Shown here one piece after another: positions 18,832 to 27,028 of a stretch of 47,909 bases of DNA. The number at the start of each line of letters is the position of its first letter. The stretch's first letter is position 1. Made by a program: the position numbers and the translations under genes. The stretch lies in assembly GCA_964627945.1 (NCBI GenBank), contig CAZVKW010000006.1, forward strand, positions 1 to 47,909, in the 5' to 3' direction. Below the pieces are notes generated by a model. That model ran no database searches, was not told where the DNA came from, and saw only the letters and a program-made list of their open reading frames with translations. Source of the stretch: an uncultured Lentimicrobiaceae bacterium. Lineage in GTDB: Bacteria; Bacteroidota; Bacteroidia; Bacteroidales; F082.

Positions 18832-20049
18832 ATGAAAGAGCCTTATATTTTGGAAGTTGCTGATGGGGTGAAGTGGGTTGGAGCAATTGATTATGACATC
18901 GTAACCTTTGATGTTGTAATGGAAACAAAGTATGGAACCACTTACAATTCGTATTTAATAAATGCAGATAAAATCGCTGTAATTGAGACAGTTAAAGAAA
19001 AATTCTGGAGTAATTACCTGGCAAAACTATCTGCCGAAGTTGATCCATCCAAAATTGAATACATCATTTTGAATCATACTGAGCCTGATCATTCCGGAAG
19101 CGTAGCAAATCTTCTTGCAATTGCACCCAATGCAAAAGTCGTAGGATCGGGAAATGCAATCCGCTATCTGTCTGATATGGTGTCATTTCCTTTTCAAAGT
19201 ATACAGGTTAAAGATGGACAGGAATTGAGTCTTGGCAATAAAACCCTGCGTTTCATTTCTGCACCTAATTTGCATTGGCCCGATTCGATGTATTCGTATC
19301 TTGTTGAGGATCAGTTGTTATTTACCTGTGATTCTTTTGGTGCCCATTATGCTGATGAAAAGATGTTTGATGATCTTGTAGGTAATTGGGACGACGCCTT
19401 CCTGTATTATTTTGATGTGATTTTAAAGCCCTTCAGTCGTTTCATGCTCAAAGCAATTGAACGTATCCGTCCATTGGAAATCAAGGCAGTTTGTCCTGGT
19501 CATGGCCCAATTCTTCGGACAAAGTGGAAAGAATTGGTTGATCTTTCTGAAAAATTATCGATTGAGGCGATAAATGTTCCACGTCACAGTCGGGTTTTTA
19601 TTCCGTATGTCTCTGCTTATGATAATACTGCTAAAATTGCTCAGGCAATCGCCAGAGGAATTGAATCTGTCGAAGGAATGAAAGCAGTGATGATGAATAT
19701 TGAGCATGCAACTTTGGGTGATATCGACATTGAACTTTCCATGTGTTCAGCCATGATTGTTGGAAGCCCCACAATCAACCAGAATATTCTTCTTCCGGTA
19801 TACAAACTTTTTGCAGTCATCAGTCCGTTACGTGATAAAGGAAAGCTGGCAGGTGGATTTGGTTCCTATGGCTGGAGTGGAGAAGGAATGAAACTTATCC
19901 GGACAAACCTCGAAAATCTGAAGCTGAAATACACCGAAACAGATGTGTTTATAAAATTCAAACCCAATGATACTGATTTGCAACGTGCTGTGAATTATGG
20001 ACAACGTTTTGCTCAGATGTTGCTTGAAAGTGAAACAGAAAAGGTATGA
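18832..20049 (+). CDS. FprA-family A-type flavoprotein (flavodiiron protein)
   Basis: Metallo-beta-lactamase-like diiron motif NHTEPDHSG followed by a C-terminal flavodoxin-like domain (IVGSPTINQN, GSYGWSGEG). I prefer the ATG at 18832 over the TTG at 18811. Confidence 0.9.
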   Translation: MKEPYILEVADGVKWVGAIDYDIVTFDVVMETKYGTTYNSYLINADKIAVIETVKEKFWSNYLAKLSAEVDPSKIEYIILNHTEPDHSGSVANLLAIAPNAKVVGSGNAIRYLSDMVSFPFQSIQVKDGQELSLGNKTLRFISAPNLHWPDSMYSYLVEDQLLFTCDSFGAHYADEKMFDDLVGNWDDAFLYYFDVILKPFSRFMLKAIERIRPLEIKAVCPGHGPILRTKWKELVDLSEKLSIEAINVPRHSRVFIPYVSAYDNTAKIAQAIARGIESVEGMKAVMMNIEHATLGDIDIELSMCSAMIVGSPTINQNILLPVYKLFAVISPLRDKGKLAGGFGSYGWSGEGMKLIRTNLENLKLKYTETDVFIKFKPNDTDLQRAVNYGQRFAQMLLESETEKV

Positions 20050-20846
20050 AACTGAGGCTGGTTTTTCTGATCATTGTCAATACTGCACTTCTTTTCGCGT
20101 CATGCAGTCCTGAGCGTAAGCTGGCTTCCAGATTCGTTAAAAATGTACCAAAACCATCAGTACTTGTTTTGTTGCCAGAAGCAGTTTTCAAGGAGAATCT
20201 TAAATGGACTGTTGAAAAGGATTCTGTCACTGATACAATTCAGTCTGCGCTCGTCATCGACAACCTTCAGGATAAGACTGTTCTGGATGCATTCACTTTG
20301 ACCTTTACCAAAGAATTGTCAAAATATGGCCTTACTGCCTACACCGATAAATCAATGGAAGATTTCATGAAGCTTGATTCATCAGCCTGGATGATTAACA
20401 TTGCACAAATTGAATTACAGGAATATACAACACAATATACTGATAATCAATCATTTTTCGGAAATGATTTTTCAAGTGATTTTGTATTGAACGGGATCAA
20501 TTCCGCATTTTGGTTCGAATTCAATCCTGTAAACGGAAATGAAAACCAATTACCCGAAATCATGTTTGCAGCTAATGATCTCTATGATAAATTTGAAGGC
20601 AGGTTTATTATGGATGTTACATCCGGTGAATTGACATATCAACTTGATTTAGATACAATTACAAATCAGGATTTTATGAATCAGATCAATTTCACCGCCC
20701 GATTGCTGGCAGGTTATACATTTGATTATCTGATGAATAGGTATGTCGGTGAAAATTATCCTGATGCAGACCAGTATTTCAGGTATGATCCGTTTCGAAA
20801 ACGATTATATGAAACCTTGGACGATCGCTTTGTTCCGCTGAATTAA
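20046..20846 (+). CDS. hypothetical lipoprotein
   Basis: 266 aa. Signal peptide with lipobox LFASC. Its ATG overlaps the flavodiiron stop codon (ATGA). No family recognised. Confidence 0.6.
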   Translation: MKLRLVFLIIVNTALLFASCSPERKLASRFVKNVPKPSVLVLLPEAVFKENLKWTVEKDSVTDTIQSALVIDNLQDKTVLDAFTLTFTKELSKYGLTAYTDKSMEDFMKLDSSAWMINIAQIELQEYTTQYTDNQSFFGNDFSSDFVLNGINSAFWFEFNPVNGNENQLPEIMFAANDLYDKFEGRFIMDVTSGELTYQLDLDTITNQDFMNQINFTARLLAGYTFDYLMNRYVGENYPDADQYFRYDPFRKRLYETLDDRFVPLN

Positions 20847-20872
20847 ATCATAACACAGATCTCTTTATCTGG

Positions 20873-21229
20873 TCAATCCAACTTCTTAGGTCGTTTTTGT
20901 AAATAATGTTGGTACATAAATAGTACAGAACAAACTATAAAGGGACTGATAACCAGCAGTGAAGCAGGATTACCTGCAAAACTTTTGAACATGATTGCTG
21001 CTGCAAGACTTATCAATGCGATTAGGATTCCACCGATCAATTCCCATTTCCATGCAATTATGAGCACGATAATAAAACAAAATGATGGGATATTATGCAT
21101 GATGAGGCAGATCAATTTATCCATGACCGGTCCTTCTCCATCAAAACAATCTATTGAGAACATCATCATAAAAAGGATTGCCAGAATGCCTATGATTCTT
21201 GGTGACCAGTAAAGTATCTTTTTTGCCAT
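20873..21229 (-). CDS. small polytopic membrane protein, unknown family
   Basis: 118 aa, about four hydrophobic helices, basic C-terminal tail (QKRPKKLD). Confidence 0.55.
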   Translation of the reverse strand: MAKKILYWSPRIIGILAILFMMMFSIDCFDGEGPVMDKLICLIMHNIPSFCFIIVLIIAWKWELIGGILIALISLAAAIMFKSFAGNPASLLVISPFIVCSVLFMYQHYLQKRPKKLD

Positions 21230-21280
21230 CGTGAATAGTGTTAGTTATCTGTTTTGTCCATCTATTTGTAATTCAGTAAT

Positions 21281-21904
21281 TTACCATAAAGAAAAATTGA
21301 CACCTAACTGAACAGTGTATCCTCGTAATTCCTCAATATGTCTGGTAGGATAAATATATCCACCGGTAAGATTTACGAATAAATTTTGTGAAGAGTAAAG
21401 GTGAACACCTAAAGTTGGCGTAATAGTTACAAGATTTCCGAATTGTCGCTGAAACATATCTCCGAACTCAAGACCAAAGTAGGGTATCAGATAGTTTCTT
21501 TTTGGATTTCTTTCCAGTGACAGATCAAGTCCTAAGCCCCAATAAAATATATCGTTGATATTTTCTTTATTGCTTTTCAAAAAAGTCACTTTTGTATATA
21601 TACGACCATGACTGGGTCCGCGATTGTCATTTTTATGAATCCAAGCAGCAATAAGATACTCAATAACAACTCCATTAAATCTACCTAAACTATCCTGAAT
21701 ATCTGGACTATAAGTTTGAAATACAACTCCTGGAATAAAAAAGGTTGTCCATTCATTATTGTTTTCAATAGTTGTTTTTTGTTTTGACTTTTGTAAAGTG
21801 TCCGACTGAATTCTTGAAATAGTGTCATTTTTTGTTTTAGTTTGAGAAAAAAGGAATTGTGAAAAACAAAAAACAAACAGGATACTCATAATTAGTTTTT
21901 TCAT
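21281..21904 (-). CDS. small secreted protein, probable outer-membrane beta-barrel
   Basis: 207 aa with a signal peptide. The C-terminal half alternates hydrophobic and polar residues and ends ...QLGVNFSLW, an aromatic terminus typical of OM barrels. Confidence 0.5.
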   Translation of the reverse strand: MKKLIMSILFVFCFSQFLFSQTKTKNDTISRIQSDTLQKSKQKTTIENNNEWTTFFIPGVVFQTYSPDIQDSLGRFNGVVIEYLIAAWIHKNDNRGPSHGRIYTKVTFLKSNKENINDIFYWGLGLDLSLERNPKRNYLIPYFGLEFGDMFQRQFGNLVTITPTLGVHLYSSQNLFVNLTGGYIYPTRHIEELRGYTVQLGVNFSLW

Positions 21905-21965
21905 AGCATCAGAAATTAATTTGAAAAATTAAAAATTTAATTTTAGATGATTAATTATCAATTTG

Positions 21966-22307
21966 TTACTTGCTTTTTCTGCCTCTGTAAATAAATAGAG
22001 CAACAGTTAATAACCAGGAAACAGGATAGGGTAGTATCAGTGTAGCCCACCACCAGGAGAGATGTTGATCACCAAACCCACCAAGGGATGACAGATAAAA
22101 AAGAAAAATTACTCCAAATGTCATCAAAAGAAAATAGGTAAGAAAATATTTGAAGTGCCTGTCTCCTGAGAAATATGCTGATAATGCAAACAAAAAGCTA
22201 CCAGTCAGTATTAATACAGATCCTTCCAAAGGATCTATTGTACCAATAATAAATACAAACAATCCAAGGTATTTGGCAATTCTAGTCCAACTATGTTTAA
22301 TTTCCAT
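21966..22307 (-). CDS. small polytopic membrane protein, unknown family
   Basis: 113 aa, about four hydrophobic helices, basic C-terminal tail (YRGRKSK). Confidence 0.55.
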   Translation of the reverse strand: MEIKHSWTRIAKYLGLFVFIIGTIDPLEGSVLILTGSFLFALSAYFSGDRHFKYFLTYFLLMTFGVIFLFYLSSLGGFGDQHLSWWWATLILPYPVSWLLTVALFIYRGRKSK

Positions 22308-22359
22308 CCAAATTTTGTATATAGTTAATATTCAAATTAGTATAAATCTAATTTTCCTT

Positions 22360-22764
22360 TTATCTCAAAATGAAAGGAATTACCATGGAGATAAACCCAG
22401 TGAAAATTACTACCATTATAAATAGATTATATCGAACATTATAATTACCCAAAAGCGAGAAATCATAATATTTCGCGACATTCTGGTCCTTATACATACT
22501 TAATAATCCATTCAAAAGTTTTGTTCTAGTTTGTTTACCTTTCAGTAATCCGATTACGACAACAAGATTTACTAGGAGGATAAGACTTACAAACATAAAC
22601 ATGACCATAAGTGAAGAGTTGTCAGTTCTAGATTTTTCTGATATTCCTGAATTGACCGCCAGTGTAATGAGGTTTAGTAGAATTGAAGTCAGAATGAAAA
22701 TGATATCAGTGCGTGTATTTTGTTGGAGCTCCGATGTAATGTGGTTGTGAACTTGTTCAATCAT
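22360..22764 (-). CDS. small membrane protein, unknown family
   Basis: 134 aa, three hydrophobic helices. Confidence 0.55.
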   Translation of the reverse strand: MIEQVHNHITSELQQNTRTDIIFILTSILLNLITLAVNSGISEKSRTDNSSLMVMFMFVSLILLVNLVVVIGLLKGKQTRTKLLNGLLSMYKDQNVAKYYDFSLLGNYNVRYNLFIMVVIFTGFISMVIPFILR

Positions 22765-22801
22765 AATGCTTTGTTTTTAAGTTAGTTATTGTAGAAATAT
22801 T

Positions 22802-23374
22802 TTAATTATTGTTTATTTCATTAAGGTTTTCCGAAAAACTCTCACAGAATAATTTGAATGTATCTTCATTGTTTTCAGGCTTAAATTTTTTGTGAAGTGG
22901 ATGATGCGAATTTATTAAAGCTAAAAATACGGCTTTACTTTCACTTTTGTCAACCAAAAAATAATGAAGATCAATTTCTTGAGGAAGCCAAAGGAACTCT
23001 ATAAGGAGTGCATTTTCACCTGAAGGTAGATCGGTTTTTATAAATTCCGAAAAGGCATTATAGCTCTTTTTAAACATTTTGGCCTCGTTCATATACCAAT
23101 CGCTGTTTACTTTTGGAATTCTGTTTTTAAACTTGGCTTTTACACCTCCTTGCTGGTTCAAATAGGATACAATTTTCAGTGCTATGACTGTGTCAAAACT
23201 TTCTTGTTTGCTTACTGACAGAATGTGAACAGGATAAACATAAATATTATCATTTTTGATTGATTGTTTCTTCTGGGCAGTCTTTAGCAAAGGTACACCA
23301 CAGCTGCTAAATAAGACAGTCGAAAATATTGCAAACAAGATAGCCCTTATTACTCTGATGTATTGTTTTTTCAT
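22802..23374 (-). CDS. hypothetical lipoprotein
   Basis: 190 aa. Signal peptide with lipobox LFSSC. No family recognised. Confidence 0.55.
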   Translation of the reverse strand: MKKQYIRVIRAILFAIFSTVLFSSCGVPLLKTAQKKQSIKNDNIYVYPVHILSVSKQESFDTVIALKIVSYLNQQGGVKAKFKNRIPKVNSDWYMNEAKMFKKSYNAFSEFIKTDLPSGENALLIEFLWLPQEIDLHYFLVDKSESKAVFLALINSHHPLHKKFKPENNEDTFKLFCESFSENLNEINNN

Positions 23375-23525
23375 ATTATTACCTGAATTTCGTTAATTAT
23401 ATGGTTAAACAATTAATTCTTTATAAAAACAAGGAAGTCGAAGATGGCAATTTCTTTATTTTTCAAATTCGTTTTCGGGTCTTCCCTGCACTTATTAAAA
23501 ATTTAGTTTCGTTTATTAAACTTAT

Positions 23526-23533
23526 TATTTTTG
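23526..23533 (+). promoter_or_regulatory. -7 promoter box (TATTTTTG)
   Basis: Exact TAnnTTTG match 78 nt upstream of the start at 23612. Confidence 0.4.
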
Positions 23534-23552
23534 ACAGATTGATTTTACGCAG

Positions 23553-23560
23553 CAAAACTA
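23553..23560 (-). promoter_or_regulatory. -7 promoter box (TAGTTTTG on minus strand)
   Basis: Plus-strand CAAAACTA. This is the only minus-strand TAnnTTTG I found upstream of, or in the gaps between, the five-gene minus cluster. It implies a 5' UTR of about 170 nt. Confidence 0.35.
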
Positions 23561-23611
23561 GTTCAGCATGATATAAAATGATTTGTATTTCTCTTGTAAA
23601 TCAATTGTAAG

Positions 23612-24601
23612 TTGGTTTACAAGGATTTTACCAACAAAAAACTAATTCAATTACCACCTTTGCAAGACAGAGACAAAATATTATTTGATCTACTAAAACA
23701 GAAAATTGTTGTGAAGATGCAACAGGAATATCCTGGTATTAATCCCGCCATTTCTGAATGGAAGGGACAGGAAATAACTGATTTTCAGGAGGAACTATTG
23801 GCAAAGATTAATGCAAATATCAGCGAAAAGTGGTTTTACAATCATATGAAATCACAGAACTTAAATCTGCCACGGATTGATGTTCTCAATTTATTGTGCA
23901 GGTATGCCGGTAATGCAAACTGGGATGATTTTGTTTTTAGTAATTCTGACCAGGTACATCTTCCAAAAATTCCACCAAGCGCAAACAGATATTTTATTGT
24001 TGTCCCACTGCTACTTATTGGTTTGCTTTTTGCTTTTTATTTGATTTTCAGGATGTTTACAAATATAGAATATTGTTTCTCGTTTTATGACTCTGACACA
24101 AAGGAATCCATTATTGGAAATCAGATTGAAATGAAACTACTTCAAAACGAGCAGTCAACACTCAATTTTTTAAGTGATTCGAATGGTTTGTGCAGGATTA
24201 AAACAGATCAGAGTGTAATAAAAATAGTGATTTCAGCTCCATATTTTAAAACAGATACGATTCTTCGGGTTTTGAAAAAATTTGATAAGGAGCAGAAAAT
24301 TGGCTTACATATAAACGATTATGCATTGATTATTCATTACTTTTCTGAGAAAAATGTCGAAGATTGGCATAAAAGAAGGGCATCTCTTGATACCATCTTT
24401 GATGATGGTGCCAGAATTTATCAGGTTATGATTTCTAACCGGAATGTAATTGGAACTGAACTCTACAACAAACAGGAATTTATTGATAAACTCACCATGC
24501 CAACCGGCAGTCTGAAACATATCGAAATTCTTGATACAAAATTCAGAAAGAACAAAATCATGGTTCTTCGGTTCAAAATAAATGAAAATAGCCATGAATA
24601 G
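23612..24601 (+). CDS. single-pass membrane protein, unknown family
   Basis: 329 aa if the TTG at 23612 is used. Alternative starts are GTG 23711 and ATG 23717. There is a central TM helix (YFIVVPLLLIGLLFAFYLIF). The N-terminal cytoplasmic region includes SEKWFYNHMKS...PRIDVLNLLCRYAGNANWDDF. Confidence 0.55.
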   Translation: MVYKDFTNKKLIQLPPLQDRDKILFDLLKQKIVVKMQQEYPGINPAISEWKGQEITDFQEELLAKINANISEKWFYNHMKSQNLNLPRIDVLNLLCRYAGNANWDDFVFSNSDQVHLPKIPPSANRYFIVVPLLLIGLLFAFYLIFRMFTNIEYCFSFYDSDTKESIIGNQIEMKLLQNEQSTLNFLSDSNGLCRIKTDQSVIKIVISAPYFKTDTILRVLKKFDKEQKIGLHINDYALIIHYFSEKNVEDWHKRRASLDTIFDDGARIYQVMISNRNVIGTELYNKQEFIDKLTMPTGSLKHIEILDTKFRKNKIMVLRFKINENSHE

Positions 24602-25235
24602 GATATTCAATTTATTTTTTCTGTTTGCCATTTTGATGGTTATTTATGCCCATTCATGTGCTGAAGATGGGTCATTTACAGAAGAAAACGCAATAAACAA
24701 TTTGAGTGACAGCATCAGTTCGGAATTTGAAAAAGGACATTTATCAGGATCTTCATTAGATGCATTTGAAAATACTGCAAGGTTGAAATTACGCGACTTC
24801 ACAGATTATTATAATACGCTGATTGATACCAATGTAAATAGTTCTTTCAGGATTAAGGCGGGTGAATTGATCAAGGATATATTTGTATACGATAGTGTTG
24901 GTTTACAATTATCTGGGTGTGAAATTAACAAAATGGGTCGATCTGTTAAAGTAGATAAATTGATTAGCAATTGTCTTTTGAATCTAAAACCTTGTACTAG
25001 ATTCAAAGTAGATTCAATCCAGCAGGGTAGGCCTTTCGAGAAAGTCAACAAAAAGAAGTATTATTCAACTTTAAAATTTATCCAGATAAATCATTGTTCA
25101 CAATTATCCGGCAATCAAATCATTATATCACCAAAGGAGGTTGAAATATTTGTTCTTAAAGAACCCAAACTTTTCGGAAGCGATACATTAAATATCTGGA
25201 CTGTTCGTCTGGGTAGTATTCATACAATAAAATGA
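24582..25235 (+). CDS. hypothetical lipoprotein
   Basis: 217 aa. Signal peptide with lipobox-like YAHSC. It overlaps the upstream gene by 20 nt, or by 8 nt if the ATG at 24594 is used. Confidence 0.55.
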   Translation: MKIAMNRIFNLFFLFAILMVIYAHSCAEDGSFTEENAINNLSDSISSEFEKGHLSGSSLDAFENTARLKLRDFTDYYNTLIDTNVNSSFRIKAGELIKDIFVYDSVGLQLSGCEINKMGRSVKVDKLISNCLLNLKPCTRFKVDSIQQGRPFEKVNKKKYYSTLKFIQINHCSQLSGNQIIISPKEVEIFVLKEPKLFGSDTLNIWTVRLGSIHTIK

Positions 25236-25264
25236 AAATTCAGTAAACCTTGAATTCTAGTTGT

Positions 25265-26056
25265 TTAACTCATCTCTTTTTCCAGAAACTGTAATAAATC
25301 ATCATTGTTGTAAATTGTTCTGATTTGTCCATTGGTTGCAACGCTGATTGATCCTCTCTCTTCAGAAATAATAATCACCACGGCATCACTCTTTTCCGAA
25401 ATTCCCAAACCTGCCCGATGACGCAAACCTGGTCGGCCCGGAAGATCAAGTTTCTTGGTTACCGGTAAGATACAACCAGCTGCTTTGATTCGATTTCTGG
25501 AGATTATCATCGCCCCATCGTGAAGGGGTGAGTTTTTGAAGAAAATATTCTCGATGAGAGCCTGACTTATTTCAGAATCGATCCCAACACCAGAATTAAC
25601 GTACTGAAAAAGTTCGTTTTGTCGGGTAATCACAATTAAGGCACCTGTTTTTTTTGAAGCCATTGATTCACATGCCGATATGATCGGCCCAAAATTCATT
25701 ACAACTTCATCATTGAAACGAATTCCAAGAAATGTCATTTTACTGAATACCTTACGGATGAATTTTGGAGTTCCAAGCGCGAGTAAAAACTGTCGGATTT
25801 CTGGTTGGAAAATGATAATCAGGACGATGAAACCAATGCTGACAAATGCACCCAGAATTTCTCCAAGTAACTCTAAATCAAATGCAACCACAATTTTCCA
25901 GGCAAGAAATATGGAAACAATTCCCAAAAAAATGTTGATCGCAACTGTCCCGCGAAGTAGGTTATACATTCCGTTCAATAGCAAGGCAACCAACAGAATA
26001 TCAACGATATCCACAAAACGGAATTGAAGAAAAAGATTGATCATTAACAGATTCAT
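25265..26056 (-). CDS. cdaA: diadenylate cyclase (c-di-AMP synthase), membrane-anchored CdaA type
   Basis: 263 aa. Three N-terminal TM helices precede a DisA_N (DAC) domain with GALIVI, HDGAMII and RHRAGLGISE...SEERGSIS. Confidence 0.93.
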   Translation of the reverse strand: MNLLMINLFLQFRFVDIVDILLVALLLNGMYNLLRGTVAINIFLGIVSIFLAWKIVVAFDLELLGEILGAFVSIGFIVLIIIFQPEIRQFLLALGTPKFIRKVFSKMTFLGIRFNDEVVMNFGPIISACESMASKKTGALIVITRQNELFQYVNSGVGIDSEISQALIENIFFKNSPLHDGAMIISRNRIKAAGCILPVTKKLDLPGRPGLRHRAGLGISEKSDAVVIIISEERGSISVATNGQIRTIYNNDDLLQFLEKEMS

Positions 26057-26089
26057 ACGAATATCATATCCTTACAAAAGTACAAAAAA

Positions 26090-26971
26090 TCAATCGGCAG
26101 GCTGAACGAATTGCTGCCACAGACTTCGGGCTTCATGAGCTTCCTTTACATCATGCACGCGTAAAATATCAGCTCCCTGCGTGAGCGCCAGCGTATTCAA
26201 TACAGTCGTGCCGTTTAATGCTTCATTTGGAGAAGTGTTTAATATCTTGTTAATCATTGATTTACGAGATATTCCAACCAAAACTGGATATCCAAGATCT
26301 TTGAAGTAGCTCAGATGTGAAAGCAGATGATAATTCAGACCGACTGTTTTTCCAAAGCCAAAACCTGGATCAGTAATTAATTGGTTTGCGCCTTTTGATG
26401 TGAAAATACGAATTTGATTTTCAATGAATTGAATTACACTTTGAAGATCCTTTATTCCAATCGGATTTCGTTGCATTGTCTCAGGCCGGTCGTGAATATG
26501 CATCAGAACATAGGGAATATCATTTTCGCCGATAAAATCAGCCATTTTATCATCGAAAGTGCCTCCAGAAATATCATTGATCATCAAAACTCCTTCGGAA
26601 ATCATTTTCTCAGCCACAGAAGTATGAAACGTATCCACTGATATTCGTATTCCCGGAATTTCGTTTTTCAGCAAACGAATGACTGGAAGAAGTCGATCTG
26701 TTTCTGAATTACTATCCGGGATTTTTGCTCCAGGTCTGGTGCTGACAGCTCCTATATCTACCAAATCTGCGCCATCAGCAAGCATTTTCTTCGTTTGTTG
26801 AATAAGTGATTCCTCATCCGGATACCGGCCGCCATCAAAAAATGAATCAGGAGTGACATTTAAAATACCCACTATAACCGGACTTTTGCCCGTAAACGAA
26901 ATGCCATTGTTTTCAAATCGCAATGGTTTGGAAAAAGCACTATTTTTATCGTCTGTTTGACCTGAATGCAT
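26090..26971 (-). CDS. folP: dihydropteroate synthase
   Basis: GILNVTPDSFFDGG, DIGAVSTRPG and DPGFGFGK motifs. I chose the start at ATG 26971 because a minus-strand -7 box (26998-27005) lies between it and the longer ORF start at 27052, and because the longer form would overlap the divergent gene. Confidence 0.9.
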   Translation of the reverse strand: MHSGQTDDKNSAFSKPLRFENNGISFTGKSPVIVGILNVTPDSFFDGGRYPDEESLIQQTKKMLADGADLVDIGAVSTRPGAKIPDSNSETDRLLPVIRLLKNEIPGIRISVDTFHTSVAEKMISEGVLMINDISGGTFDDKMADFIGENDIPYVLMHIHDRPETMQRNPIGIKDLQSVIQFIENQIRIFTSKGANQLITDPGFGFGKTVGLNYHLLSHLSYFKDLGYPVLVGISRKSMINKILNTSPNEALNGTTVLNTLALTQGADILRVHDVKEAHEARSLWQQFVQPAD

Positions 26972-26997
26972 GATCTTTGCAAGAGATTGATAATGAG

Positions 26998-27005
26998 CAA
27001 ATGTA
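26998..27005 (-). promoter_or_regulatory. -7 promoter box (TACATTTG on minus strand)
   Basis: Plus-strand CAAATGTA, 27 nt upstream of the folP ATG at 26971. Confidence 0.45.
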
Positions 27006-27028
27006 GTGATTTTTAAGAAAATGTACTG

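Noticed and set aside
20074-20301. 75-aa ORF in another frame inside the lipoprotein gene at 20046-20846. Similar small overlapping same-strand ORFs lie at 3709-3936, 29877-30062 and 30189-30392.
   Set aside because: They are embedded in longer, better-supported ORFs and show no independent signals.
25236-25264. Short hairpin (AATTCA...TGAATT) between the convergent lipoprotein gene and cdaA.
   Set aside because: It is a 6-bp AT-rich stem without a flanking T or A run. It is not supportable as a terminator.
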